Part shown: positions 34,446 to 50,030 of the stretch, one piece after another
How positions within the stretch are numbered: position 1 is the first letter of the stretch
How the letters are laid out: every line of letters starts with the position of its first letter
Assembly (NCBI RefSeq): GCF_009914755.1
Contig: NC_060928.1
DNA length: 64,000 nt
DNA from: the human T2T-CHM13v2.0 reference genome, Homo sapiens
Strand: one strand, 5' to 3'
Position numbers and translations under genes: made by a program
The notes under the pieces: generated by a model
Told to the model about the DNA's origin: nothing
Seen by the model: only the letters and a program-made list of their open reading frames with translations
Databases searched by the model: none

Positions 34446-37400
34446 TCAAAACAGAACCTCTTTAAAGCATGAATCCCACAGGACCAATAAAACAAAAACA
34501 CAATTTAAAAAACAAGAAAAAACAAAAACCAAGGTACACAGGCAACAAATAGCATGATGAATGGAATGGTACCTCCCATCTCAAAACTAACATTGACTGT
34601 AAATGGCTTAAATGCTCCACTTAAAAGATACAGAACTTCAGAATGGATGAGAATTCACAAACTAACTATCTGCTGCCTTCAAGAGACTCATCTAACACAT
34701 ACGGACTCACATAAACTTAAAGTAAAAGAGTGTAAAAGGCATTTCATGCAAATGTACACCAAAAGTGAGCAGGAGTAGCTATTCTTACATCAGACAAAAC
34801 AAACTTTCAAGCAACAGCAGTGAAAAAAGACAAAGAGGGACATTATATAATGGTAAAAGGCCTTGTCCAACAGGAAAATATCAGAATCCTAAACATATAT
34901 GCACCTAACACTGGAGCTCCCAAATTTATAAAACAAGTACTAACAGACCTAACAAATCTTAACAAATTTTAACAAATGAGATAGACAGCAATATAATAAT
35001 AGTGGAGGACTTCAATACTACACTGACAGCACTAGACAGGTCATCAAGACAGAAAGTCAACAAAGAAACAGTGGATTTAAATTATACCTCGGAACAAATG
35101 AACTTAGATATATACAGAACATTCCATTCAACAACCACAGAATACACTTCTATTCAACAGTGCATGGAACTTCCTCCAAGATAGATGATATGATAGGCCA
35201 CAAAATGAGCCTGAATAAATTTAAGAAAATTGAAATTATATCAAGCACTCTCTCAGACCACAGTGGAATAAAACTGGAAATCAACTCTAAAAGGAACCTT
35301 CAATACCATGCAAATACATGGAAATTAAACAACCTGCTCCTGAATGATCATTGGGTAAAAAACAAAATCAAGATGGAAATTTAAAAAATTCTTTGAACTG
35401 AACAACAACAGTGACACAACCTATCAAAACCTCTTGGATACAGCAAAGGTGGTGCTAACAGGAAAGTTCATAGCCCTAAACACCTACATCAAAAAGATTG
35501 AAAGAGCAGAAACTGACACTTTAAGGTCACACCTCATGGAACTAGAGAAGCAAGAACAAACCAAACACAAACCCAGCAGAAGAAAGGAAATAACCAAGAC
35601 CAGAGCAGAACTAAATGAAATTGAAACAAACAAAAAAATACAAAAGATAAATGAAACAAAAAGCTGGTTCTTTGAAAAGGTAAATAAAACTGATAGACCA
35701 TTGGCCAGATTAACCAAGAAAAGAAGAGAGAAAATCCAAATAAGCTCAATTAGAAACAAAATGGGAAATATTACAACCAACACCACAGAAATACAAAAGA
35801 TCATTCAAGGTGACTATGAACACCTTTATGTGCATAAACTAGAAAACCTAGAAGAAATGGATAAATTCCTGGAAAAATACTACCCTTCTAGTTTAAATCA
35901 GGAAGAATTAGATACCCTCAGCGACCAATAACAAGCAGCAAGATTGAAATGGTAGTTAAAAAATTACCAATGAAAAAAAGTCCAAGACCAGACGGATTCA
36001 CAGAATTCTACCAGACATTCAAAGAAGAATTGGTACCAATGCTATTGACACTATTCCATAAGATAGAGAGGGAACCCTCCCTAATTCATTCTGTGAAGCC
36101 AGCATCACCCTAATACCAAAACCAGGAAAGGACATAACCAAAAAAGAAAACTACAGATCAATAGTCCTGATGAACATGGATGCTAAAATCCTTAACAAAA
36201 CACTAGCTAACCAAATCCAACAACAAATCAAAAAGATAATCCACCATGATCAAGTCGGTTTCATACCAGGAATCCAGAGATGGTTTAACATACACAAGTG
36301 AATAAATGTGATATACCACATAAACAATTAAAAACAAAAATCACATGATCATCTCAATAGATGCAGAAAAAGCATTTGACAAAATCCAGCATGGCTTTAT
36401 GATTAAAACTCTCAGCAAAATTGGCATACAAGGGACATACCTTAATGCAATAAAAGCCATCTATGACGAACCCACAGCCAACATAATACTGAATGGGGAA
36501 AAGTTGAAAGCATTCCCTCTTAGAACTGGAACAAGACAAGGACGCCCACTCGCACCACTCCTCTTCAGCATAGTACTGGATGTCCTAGACAGAGCAATCA
36601 GACAAGAGAAAGAAATAAAGGGTATCCAAACTGGTAAAGAGGAATTCAAACTGTCACTGTTTGCTGACAATAATCGTTTACCTTGAAAACCCTAAAGACT
36701 CCTCTGGAAAGCTCCTAGAACTGATAAAAGAATTCAGCAAAGTTTCCAGATACAATATTAATGTACACAAATCAGTAGCTCTTCTATACACCAACAATGA
36801 CTATGAAGAGAATCAAATCAAGAACTCAACCTCTTTTAAAATAGCTGCAAAAAAATAAATACTTATGAATATACCTAACCAAGGAGGTGAAAGATCTCTA
36901 CAAGGAAAACTACAAAACACTGCTGAAAGAAATCATAGATGGCACGAACAAATGGAAACATCCCATGCTCATGGATGGGTAGAATCAATATTGTGAAAAT
37001 GACCATATTGTTCAATGCAATTCCCATCAAAATACCACCATCATCCTTCACAGAATTAGAAAAAAACAATCCTAAAATTCATATGGAACCAAAAAAGAGC
37101 CCACATAGCAAAAGCAAGACTAAGCAAAAAAGAACAATTGTGGAAGCATCATGTTACCTGATTTCAACCTATAATATAAGGCCATAGTCACCAAAACAGC
37201 ATGGTACTGGTATAAAAACAGGCGCACAGACCAATGGAACAGAACAGAGAACCCAGAAATAAACCCAAATACTTATAGCCAACTGATCTTTCACAAAGCA
37301 AACAAAAGCATAAAGTGGGGATAAAACACCCTTTTCAACAAATGGTGCTGGGATAACTGGTTAGCTACATGTAGGAGAATGAAACCGGATCATCACTTGA

Positions 37401-38195
37401 TACAAAAATCAACTCAGGATAGATTAAGGACTTAAATCTAAGACCTGAAACAGAAAAAAAAAAAATCTGAAGATAACATTGGAAAAACCCTTCCAGACAC
37501 TGGCTTAGACAAGTATTTCATGACCAAGAACCCAAAAGTAAATGCAATAGAAACAAAGATAAATAGCTGGGACTTAAAGTAAAAAGAGACGGCAAAAAGA
37601 ACAGTCAGCAGAGAAAACAGAAACCCACAGAGTGGGAGAAAATCTTCACAATCTATACACCTGAAAAAGGACTAATATCCAGAATCTACAATGAACTCAA
37701 ACAAATCAGCAAGAAAAAAAGAAACGATCCCATCAAAAAGTGGACTAGGACGTGAATAGACAATTCTCAAAAGAAGATATACAAATGACCAACAAACACA
37801 TGAAAAAATGCTCAACATCACTAATGATCAGGGAAACACAAATCAAAACCACAATGCAATACCACTTTACTCCTGCAAGAATAGCCATAATCCAAAAAAT
37901 TAAAAAACAGTAGATGTTCGCATGGATGCGGTGAAAAGGGAACACTTCTATACTGCTGGTAGGAATGTCAACTAGCACAACCACTATGGAAAACAGTGGC
38001 AGATTCCTTAAAGAACTAAAAGTAGAAATACCATTTGATCCAGCAATCCCACTACTGGGTATCTACCCAGAGGAAAAGAAGTCATTATATGAAAATGACA
38101 CTTGCACACACGTTTATAGCAGCACAATTCGCAAATGCAAAATCATGGAACCAACCCAAATGCCCATCAATCAATGAGTGGATAAAGAAACTGGT

Positions 38196-38336
38196 GTATA
38201 TATATGTATGTATACATATATATATATATATACACACATATATATATGTATATATACATATATATATGTATACATATATACACATATATATACACATATA
38301 TATATACACATATATATATATGTGTATATATATATA
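38196..38336. repeat. (TA)n/(TACA)n microsatellite near the 3' end of the L1PB
   Basis: Directly visible; the L1 resumes in register afterwards. Confidence 0.95.
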
Positions 38337-39239
38337 GTGGAATATTACTCAGCCATAAAAAGGAATTAATTAATGGCATTTGCAGTGACCTAAATGAGAC
38401 TGGAGACTATTACTTTAAGTGAAGTAACTCAGGAATGAAAAACCAAACATTGTATGTTCTCACTGATATGTGGGAGCTAAGCTATGAGGACAAAAAGGCA
38501 CAAGAATGATACAATGAACTTTGGGGACTTCGTGGGAGGAATGAAAGGGGGTGAGGAATAAAAGACTACAAATAAGGTGCAGTGTATACTGCTCAGGTGA
38601 TAGGTGCACCAAAATCTCACAAATAAGCACTAAAGAACTTCCTCATGTAACCAAACACAACCAGTACCCCCAATAACCTATGGAAAAAGAAAAAAAATAA
38701 AAATAGTGATATGCCCAGTATGATGTGATATTTATTAATAATAACCAGTCTAGGCATTGACCAGAAACCCACTTCATCACAAGATTTTCTGGACTTTTCA
38801 GGATTTTCCCTCGCTTAAATTTTCTATTCTCATTGAATCCTTAAGCCCATCCATGTATGTTCTGTATCTATGCTAAATTGGAGTTGCAGCACATTCTTCC
38901 TTTTCTAATTTCCCCCTGATATTCTTCATACAAACATATTTGGTTAAAATTTCTGGAAAACAGAGAGGGGCTTACCAAACTGTATCATAAAATAAGCAAT
39001 TAAACATGGATCTTAATATGCTGGTTCATATGCGTAAGTGAATATTACACATGTGTTTGTATAACATGTGCTTTTTCCCCTTCTTTCTTATTTTGGGATG
39101 CTAACCATATATTCAAAAAGGGGATAGTTACATTTAATTTTAAAATGATGAAGAAGTAGAACAGCACATACTAGGGACTATCTCTGTCATGGCTGACAGA
39201 GAAAAATATTCTGACATAATTTTTTTAATGTAATGTTAC

Positions 39240-39392
39240 CAAAACTTTCTGCACCACAGTTTCCTGATGTGTAAAATAAACATGACAGTACCCACCTTAT
39301 GGAGTTTTTGTGCTGATTGAGGGTCAAGCACTTAGAGGAGTGGTTTATGCCAAACACAAACTCAACAAGTATTAGCTGTAATTATTATTATT
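39240..39392 (+). mobile_element. MIR fragment
   Basis: CAGTTTCCTGATGTGTAAAAT..AGTACCCACCTTATGG..AAGCACTTAGA..CTCAACAAGTATTAGCT. Confidence 0.7.
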
Positions 39393-39860
39393 TTCATTCC
39401 TCCTTTTATAATGAAAGTAAAGAATGAACCAGAATATTATACCTATGCCATTAACCATGAATTTATCTAAATAATCCACCTTGTTTTTCCTCACTGATTC
39501 AGATTATAAAATGTTCTACCACCTAGATTTGTCAAAAAGGAGAGAGGTTTCTAAGAAGCAAATACACATACAGTTGACCCTCCTCATTATGTGTGGATTC
39601 TACAATGGAAAATTTGCCTACTTGCTAAAATTTGTAATTTTAGCACCAAATCAATATACATGGTGCTTTCACAGTTTTTTCTGTAGGTGTGGAGAGCAGC
39701 ACATTTTTGAGTCACACACATTCTGACGTTCTCAACTGCAGTCTAACAAAGTGATGTGCTGTCTTCTTATTTCAGCTCTCATATTGTAATCTACTGTCCT
39801 TTTTATATGTTGGTAATTTTGCTATTTAAAATGGTTCTCAAACATAGCGCCAAAGCACCG

Positions 39861-40026
39861 TGCTACGGCCTGAATTGTACTACTCCAAAATTCATATGTT
39901 GAAGGCCTAACCACCCCTACTCTCCACCATGTGACTGTGTTAGAGACAGGACCTTTATGGAAGTTATTAAGGTAAAATGAGAACATAAGGGTGGAACCCT
40001 GATCCAATAGAACTGGTGTCTGATAA
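39861..40026 (+). mobile_element. MLT1A/B 5' fragment
   Basis: TGCTACGGCCTGAATTGT..CCAAAATTCATATGTTGAAG..CCCTGATCCAATAGAACTGGTGTC. Confidence 0.75.
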
Positions 40027-40090
40027 TGCTATGAGAAAGATGAAAAAGAAAATAAATTTCTGGATTCGTGAGATAAAAATATATTTTTTT

Positions 40091-40379
40091 ATTTTATTAT
40101 TATTATTATTTTGAGATGGAGTTTTGCTCTTGTTGCCCAGGCTGGAGTGCAATGGCCACACCCCCCGCTTCCCAGGTTCAAGCAATTCTTCTGCCTCAGC
40201 CTCTCGAGTAGCTGGGATTACAGGCATGTGCCACCACGTCCAGCTAATTTTGTATTTTTAGTAGAGACAGAGTTTCTCCATGTTGGTCAGGCTTGTCTCA
40301 AACTCCCAACCTCAAGTGATCCACTCGCCTCAGCCTCCCAAAATGCTGGGATTACAGGCATGAGCCACCATGCCTGGCC
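40091..40379 (-). mobile_element. AluS (Sq/Sx-like) with small internal deletion
   Basis: Alu dimer with (TTA)n tail. TSD AAAATATATTTTTTT / AAAATAGATTTTTTT. Confidence 0.9.
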
Positions 40380-41079
40380 GAAAATAGATTTTTTTAGAAA
40401 GCATGGTGAAAAGCATTGTTGTGGGGATGAAGTGCAAAAAAACTTATGTTATCTAGGGCCTGGAAAATATTAAACTCTTTTGGGCTAGGCATAAAATATG
40501 TTGAACTTGCAGGTGAGGTAATTTTGCAGATCAGGAGGCTGCAGAATTTTTTTTCTTTTTAATTCCCTGCTACCTGTAAAGGAGTTATGTGGAATAGGAG
40601 CCTGTCAACACTGATAAGACTGGTTTGTTTTACAAGGTCTTTGGCAAATGAACCTTTGGCAAATGGTCTCAAAGTCCCTGACAGTTAACTCATTCAAAAC
40701 CATACAATTATTCACATGAAATATATCTTAAATAATGTGTCTTTAAACAGAAATAAACATAAAACAAGGTTAAATATTGATTGTTTGATGAAATGTTTCG
40801 ACCAGACACTTGCAGGAACCTAAACCTGTGTTTCCCTTAGGAGCAGTTGTTCCCTAATTACTAATTCAGTGTTTGCAGTGACCTTAGAAAACATGACAAC
40901 CATGAATAATGAGAATCATCAGCTGTATCTGTTTTGAAAGCTCTATTTTTACTTTAAATTAGAATCTGTGTTTGTTTTTATTTTTACATATCTTATTTTC
41001 TCATTTAAGGAAATATCATTCATCATTACATTCAAGATTGAACCCTTTACTAGACTCTTTATCTCAGTTATTCATTGCT

Positions 41080-42978
<1,899 letters not shown>

Positions 42979-43009
42979 ATTTCTAAATTCAGTCTTCTTC
43001 AAGTTTATG

Positions 43010-43440
43010 TAAGTGTACAAGTCAGCTCTTCTACACATAATCGACCACAGAAATATCAGTGGCATACAACAATAAATACTTATTCCTTATTCATCAGTCT
43101 TCATGTCAGCTGGGACAGTTCTACTTTGAAATGCAAATCAAATTCAGGTCTTCTTCCTGTGTTTCATTCTGGGGCCAAAACTGGAGGAGTAGGAGCTCTC
43201 TGAGACATGTTCTTCTCCTAACGCAAAGATTGGAAACATTCAAGGAACAAGCAGAAACAAAAAATGATTTCTTTTAGGCTTAGTCTTAAATCTGGCACAC
43301 AGCCCTATCATTTCCTCCCACATTCCATCGGTCAAAGCAAATTACATGACCAAACCCAACATCAATGAGCAAGAGGTACACTCTTTCCATGGGAGAGGTA
43401 AAATTTTATATTTACCAAGAAATAATTTAATCTGCCAAAT
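43010..43440 (-). mobile_element. Old MLT1 (I/J-like) LTR
   Basis: TCAGTGGCATACAACAATAAA..CCCACATTCCATCGGTCAAAGCAAATTACATGACCAAACCCAAC. Confidence 0.6.
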
Positions 43441-43629
43441 TTAAGTCATTCGACTAAGTTATGGGATAAAAGAATCCTACTCTTGAGATCCATAAAAATC
43501 TAGTGAGAAAGGCATAGAAATTTTTTTGTAATGTGGTAATTTTATGATAAAATACCAATCCTGGCTTATTTCTATTTCTATAAATATTTATCTCTCTATT
43601 TATGTCTGATAGAAAAGAAATGATATTAT

Positions 43630-45450
43630 AAGCAGGAAAACTATGGGCCAATATCCTGCTGGAGTACACATACAAAGATTTTTTTAAGTTAATTAGCAAA
43701 TAGAATTTAGTTGTATATAAAAGGCATAAGATACAATGATGATGCCAGGTTTATCTCAGGTATGCCACGTTGGTTTAACACATTTATAAAAATCAAGCAA
43801 TGTAATTCACTCAGATTACCAAATAAAGCAGGAGTAAAAGCATATAGTAATCTAAATAAATATTAAAAGAATGACAAAAGTCATTATTCACAATAAAATA
43901 TCAGAATAAATTATACAGAGAATAATTTTCCTCAACATCATTAAGGAAACAGAAACATTACAGCTAACATCATACTTAATAATGGAAAAGTTAATGCTTT
44001 CTACTTAGAATTGGAAACAAGGCTACTGTGTCTGCACTTTCCCCCAATGTTCAGCATTGCACTGGAAATCTCAGTCAATGCAATTAGACAAGCAAAAAGC
44101 CTTAATTAAAAGAAAAAAAACTTAAAATTGGAAGGAAGAGGTAAAATAGTCTTTTATTCAAAAATGGCATGATTTTTTTTTTCTAGAACACCCCCTGAAA
44201 CCTATGAAAGAGGTAATAGAAATAATAAATGAATATAGCAAGGCCGTAGAGTACAAGATACAAAAATTTTTATATGATAGCAAAATAAAATTGTAAATGT
44301 AGTAAAAAACTCATTTCAGCTTAAAATAGCATTCAAAAACATTAGAGGTATTTTAACAAAATACTTGCCAAACGAAACAATTTTGCTAAAAGAAGTAAAA
44401 AAGCATGTAAGTAAGTGGAGAGGTAAAGCATGATCATGATTCAAAAAACTCAGTATAGTTAAGTTGTCAATTTACCCCCAAATTAATCTGTAGATGTAAC
44501 ACAAATCTAATGAATATTCCAGCAAGTGTTTTTGTAAAATTTGGCAATCTGATTATAAAAGTTACAGAAATGCAAATGACCTAAAATAGCCAAAGCAATC
44601 TTTAGAAGGAAAAACAATGGGGGAAAAAATCACCTTACCTTATTTTAAAACTGAATATAAAGCTATAGCAATCATAGTAGGATAAACTTAGCAAAGGGAT
44701 AGACACAGATTAATAGAACAAAACTGAAAGTTCAGAAATAAACACACACACATATGGTCAATTGGATGTTGACAAAAGCGTCAAGGTAAAGTAAAACCTT
44801 AATGACATGCAACTGCATACATATTCAAATGGTTACAATTTAAAATCATAAGCATGAATGTTGCCAATTATATGGAACAACTACATTGCAGATCGGGAAG
44901 TGAAATTGTAAAATCACTTTGCAAAATATTTTGGCAATTCCTCATAAAGGGAAACATGTATTTACATATGACCCAATAATTTCATTCCTATTTACATAAG
45001 AAATAAAAACCTTCTGTCCACACAAAGACTTTCATGAAAATGTCTTTAGCAATTTTATTTGTAATAGTCCCAAACTGAAAGCAATTCAAATGTTGATCAA
45101 AAGGTAATGAGCAAGCATAATACAATATGCAATGCCATGAAATACTGCTCAGCTACTAAAAGAAACAAACCACTGATACATTCATTTTGTCATATGAAAC
45201 AATTCAGAAACTTTATACAGAGTAAAAGGAGATAGACACAATGAGTATATAATTTATGATTCCATTGATATACAATTCTAAACATTTCAAACTAATCTAT
45301 TGTGATGCTGTTAAGCAGTGGCAATGGAAATGTTCTTTGTGTTGACTGAAACGGTAGATTTACAAGTGTATACATCTGCCATAACTCATTGGATTGCATC
45401 TGTAAATGGATACTGACTATAGTAAAGCTGAACAACACGAAAAAGATTAA
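43630..45450 (+). mobile_element. Ancient L1M ORF2 (RT/C-terminal) and 3' UTR remnant
   Basis: ACAGCTAACATCATACTTAAT, GGAAACAAGG, CCTAAAATAGCCAAAGCAATC, TATGACCCAATAATTTCATTCCTA. Confidence 0.75.
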
Positions 45451-45599
45451 AAGTATGCACCTTCATTTGTTACTACTTAGTTCATACCTCGAATTGTTAC
45501 TTGGCAATAACTAATAAACTGGTGTGTTTTCAAAGCTGGTATTGAATTCTTTTACTTGAGAGCATATCAAGTGATTTCTCTTGTATTCTTTCAGGTATA

Positions 45600-45740
45600 C
45601 AGTAATCTTCATAACATTGAATTGTAGGCTAGGCAAATTATTTTATTCCCACTTTAAAAGTAGACACTCTGAAACATAGTGAGGTTAAGTTATTTGTGCA
45701 AGGTCACCCAGCTACTAAGTAGTAGATTCAGAAATCTAAT
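45600..45740 (-). mobile_element. MIR fragment
   Basis: ATTATTTTATTCCCACTTT..GAGGTTAAGTTATTTGTGCAAGGTCACCCAGCTACTAAGT. Confidence 0.7.
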
Positions 45741-45773
45741 CCTCTCCTTTTCTCTGTTCATCACTCTAAGTAA

Positions 45774-46067
<294 letters not shown>

Positions 46068-47024
46068 AATTGTATATATGTGTAATTTGAATAATTTTCC
46101 AATTTGAAAATTGATGTTATTTTCTTTGTTGTACTTTGCAAGACAGAGCGTTGCATAGTTGACTAATCACTACTTAACTTTGTTCTCATTTAACCGCAGC
46201 TATTGTAAACAACTAGTTCCATTTGCAACCCACACATGCAGAGAACACTGCCTCCCATGTACTGTTTTTATCTTGGGTGGTTAATGATCCTGAATCCAAC
46301 ATCCACCAAGGTTATAGCTCAGGGAACTCTTTCAAAGCACCCGTTAGAGAGGGATTTTTTTCCTGCCTCTCAGAAGCAAGTTCTATGTGAACTACTGCTT
46401 TCTGACTCATCTGCCAAGTCCAGCACATTGCATTATGTCCTAAAGGCAATAGAGGAGTAAGCCAACCCATCAAATTCCTGCCATCAATTTGGTTTAAGCC
46501 AGGAGATTATTTCTCCTGGGAAGGATGTTTCACACCCTTCAAGCAATCCCTCAGACATGTTAAATATGTTTCTCCTTGTATGAGCACTTTCTATTTAATA
46601 CCAAGCAAAAAAATATATTTTCTGAACCAGATATTTTCCTTATAGTTGTGCATTTGCTGTTAGTAAGAAGCAGAGGAAATTTAGTTGTGTGGGTATACGT
46701 GTGTGTGTAAGAGAGATGGGATGGGAGGAAAAGAGAGAGAAACAAAGAGGGAGACGGGGGAGGTGGAGAGGGAGAGGAAGAGAAAGAAGAGAGGGTATTA
46801 AAAATACATGTCTATTATTTATACATTCTGGAAATAATTTCTGTACCAATTAAGAATGCTTTCAGGGTGTTCTTTATGACACGATATTGGGAAAATTTAA
46901 AAAGTAATTTACTTTAAAAAATAATACATATCCTGTCTATTAAATATATAATTTTATGGAAAATTACATTCTCAAAAGAGAGAATTTTTTATGGAATACA
47001 TAACTGTAAGACAATTTTCACAAA

Positions 47025-47514
47025 TGTGGTAAGCAGAAAATGTCTCCCTCCCCAAGATACCCTTGTCCTAACATCCAGAATCTATGACTATGTTCCTGTA
47101 CATGGAAAAAATAAAAAAGAGACTTTGCAGAACTGATAAAATTAAGTGTTTTGAGATGGGACGATTATCTGGAATTATCCCAGTGACTCCATTGTATTCA
47201 CAGGAGTCCTTACAAATAAAAAGGAAACAAGATGGTCAGAGTCCGAAGGAGATTTGAATATGTTGCTGTTGGCTTTTAAATGGGGAAGAGGTCATGAGCC
47301 AAGGGTCCAGGCAGCCTCTAGAAGCTGGAAAAAGCAAGGGAAGAGGTTCTCCCTGGTAGTCTCCAGAAGAAAAGAAATACAGCTCTGCCAATGCCTTCAT
47401 TTTAGCTCTGTGAGAGCCATTTCAGATGTTTGCATTTCAAATTGTAAAATCTGAGTTGTTTTAAGCCAGTAAATTTGTGGTAATTTACTAGAGCAGCAAT
47501 AGGAAACTGACACA
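47025..47514 (+). mobile_element. MLT1D-like solo LTR
   Basis: TGTGGTAAGCAGAAAAT..GACTTTGCAGA..GCAGCCTCTAGAAGCTGGAAAA..GCAGCAATAGGAAACTGACACA. Confidence 0.85.
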
Positions 47515-48049
47515 AGAATAGATGCAGAAAGTACTTGGATCTTTTTATTTCACTTTCATTCTAAGTAGATGACTGTTTTGCAGTCTTCATGGCTTGGAAT
47601 TTTAACTGGGGGAATGTGGAACTGGCTGCATCAATTTTTAAGGCAAAATTGAATTGTTTCCAGGAAATCACCATCTTCACTATCAAAGGAGTATTAGGAA
47701 ATATTTATCACCCTTCTGAAATTTGATACTATTTTCTAGGAGTGTACTTAGGTAGCATTTGAGCTCTCAGAGTCCATTTAGGTTTCTAGCACAGAGTAAG
47801 TGCTTAGTCTATACTTGTTAAATTAATGGTTGGAGAAAATGGCTGCCTACGAATAATTTGTAGGAAAGGGATTAGATAATGAATAAAAACACCTCCTCCA
47901 CTAGCAGATTCTTGTCTGAGTGGCACTTTTATTCCTGTGGATTAAGACAGAGTGCATTTTTAAAGAAATGAAAGTGTAATAAGGAGTGATTCGCATATTA
48001 AGTCCATATGTTTTAGAGGCAAATAGCATAATAATGAAGGGGCATAAAG

Positions 48050-48290
48050 TCACAGTGTATAGTGATCAAAGTGCAGGCTCTGACATCAAACCACATTGAT
48101 TCTAAGGCCAGATCTTTTATTTATAAGCTGTGTGGCTTCAGGAAGTTACTTACCATTTGTGTCTCATTTCCATCTTACATTAAATGAAGAAATAAGTGTA
48201 CTTAACACAGAAGCTTATGGTGAAACATAAGTGATTTACCACAAGCAATCTGCACAGAAACATAGCAAGCATGCACTGAACACACAAAAA
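48050..48290 (+). mobile_element. MIR
   Basis: AGTGCAGGCTCTG..AGCTGTGTGGCTTCAGGAAGTTACTTACC..TCTCATTTCC. Confidence 0.65.
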
Positions 48291-48501
48291 AGCTCAGACA
48301 CTTAGGAAAAGGTAAGTCCCCAGGTAAAGTGAAGTGTAGTATTTCAGATAGTTGTGCAAGTGATTTTATTTTTACAGAAAATAATAGAAGTTGTTCATGG
48401 GATGCTGAAAATACACTTCTTTATGGAGACTTTGGCCTAGAGTGAGTTCTGGGTATTAAAACAATCTAACAGTAGTATTTTAATCTCTTAGGGATACTTT
48501 T

Positions 48502-49030
48502 TGAAAGAGTGAAGAATGTACATCTCAAAATTTGCCAGATTGTTATATTGATTATTTCAAGTTGAAACATTGAAGAAATTGTAGTTTCAGAAAGGGTTAG
48601 CTGACCTCTCTCTTCCAACATGTAGCAAGCCTAAAGATTCCTCTGGAAGGAGTACACTCACAGTACCAGGAAGAGAAAATAGCCCTTATCACCAGAGACT
48701 GGGAATTGAGGGCTGCAATATCTCTGAATAAATATACTTAACCAAGTGGCCCTTATTTTCTGCTAGCTTTATATCCCACATATGTTTCCTGACTCCCCTA
48801 GAAAATTTGCTCCCCCTAGGGCCATTTCTTCTCAAATTTGTCATTCTTTGTCTAAAACTTATAAAAGCATCTTGCTTTGGCCACTTCTTTGGACTTCACT
48901 CCACGTACATGTAAAACTATACTTTCCTCTTGTTAATCTGCCTGGTGACAATTTAGTTTCTAGATACAGCCAAAGAGCCCACATGAGAGCTTAAACGGGG
49001 ATGATCTCTGGTGATCTCTGCTCCCCTACA
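48502..49030 (+). mobile_element. ERV1 solo LTR (MER34C-like)
   Basis: TGAAAGAGTGAAGAATGT..TTGATTATTTCAAGTTGAAAC..CTCCCCTACA with TG/CA ends and CTTT-like flanks on both sides. Confidence 0.7.
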
Positions 49031-49459
49031 CTTTCTTCTTTACCATCTTCCCATATATGTGTTGGCTTTTGATGACTTTTACCCTTTTTAAAGTCATGGG
49101 CTAACATTACTAACCTCTTTAACAGGGGAAAAAGAAAGCAACGTGCTCAGTTAGTATGACATTCACTGCTGGCGTCTAATGATCAATTAATTGAAATAAT
49201 ATCTGCAAAGCATTTAAAACAAAGTAAACATCAAAAATATTTGCTGTTGTTAAATGGCTACTTGTATATTACACCAAGTCACAGTAATGTTGCTGTAATT
49301 ACGTACTTGTATGCTACCATGGCTGCGGAGCACAGACAGAGTTTGTGGACAGTACAACTCCAAGGGGGCACTATTGATATTATTTAGGAAATGACTACTG
49401 ACTTTTGGTTTGCTGTTGATAAAATGCTGTTATTCCTTGTAATGTCCATCTACTACTGT

Positions 49460-50030
49460 ATTTTAAAATTATTGATTTACAAGGAATACAAAATAAAATG
49501 TACAGATTTGAAGTTTTCATTTTGACAGATATTGACAATTGTATGCACCATGTAACCACCATCCAAAACAAAATATGGAACATTTTTATCATCCCAGAAA
49601 TTTCCCTCTTTCTCATTACAGGTAAACAAGAACCTGCCCCAGAGTTAACCACTTGCTGATTTCTATTGCCCTCAAATAATTCTTTGTTCTTAGACTTCAA
49701 ATAAATAGAATCATGTAAATGTATTCTTTTGTGTTAGGCTTATTTTGTGCAAATTAATGTTTATGAGAGTCATCTAGTTGTTGAGTGTATCAATGACTCA
49801 CTTTTTTATTGGTGGAGCAATATTCCATTCTATGAATATAGTAATAAAATTTGTTTTTCGGTTGCTTCTTGAAAGTAATGGCAAAAACCACAATTACTTT
49901 TGCAACAACCTAACAGTAATTTGATTTGCTTCCATTGTGGGACCATAATGAATAAGGTTGCTACGAAATTTCTTGTTAAATATTCTATGTTGATATGGAT
50001 TTTCACTTCTCTTCAGTAAATGCCTGATTC
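49460..50030 (-). mobile_element. Old L1M 3' end
   Basis: TTGACAATTGTATGCACCATGTAACCACCATCCAAAACAAAATATGGAACATTT... Confidence 0.75.
49869..49913. mobile_element. Half MADE1 (Hsmar1 MITE)
   Basis: TTGAAAGTAATGGCAAAAACCACAATTACTTTTGCAACAACCTAA equals the spacer plus one TIR. Confidence 0.85.

Larger units (their letters stand above)
39571..40925 (+). mobile_element. TcMar-Tigger element (MER82/Tigger9-like) with transposase remnant; hosts an MLT1 piece and an Alu
   Basis: Ends TA|CAGTTGA..CTCATTAT and ATAATGAG..CAGCTG|TA (TIR-like, TA TSD). Internal VNTDKTGLFYK (40604-40636) resembles the pogo/Tigger N-x-DETGLF motif. Confidence 0.75.

Noticed and set aside
38035-38422. Tyr/Ile/His-rich ORFs
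   Set aside because: Translation of a (TA)/(TACA) microsatellite.
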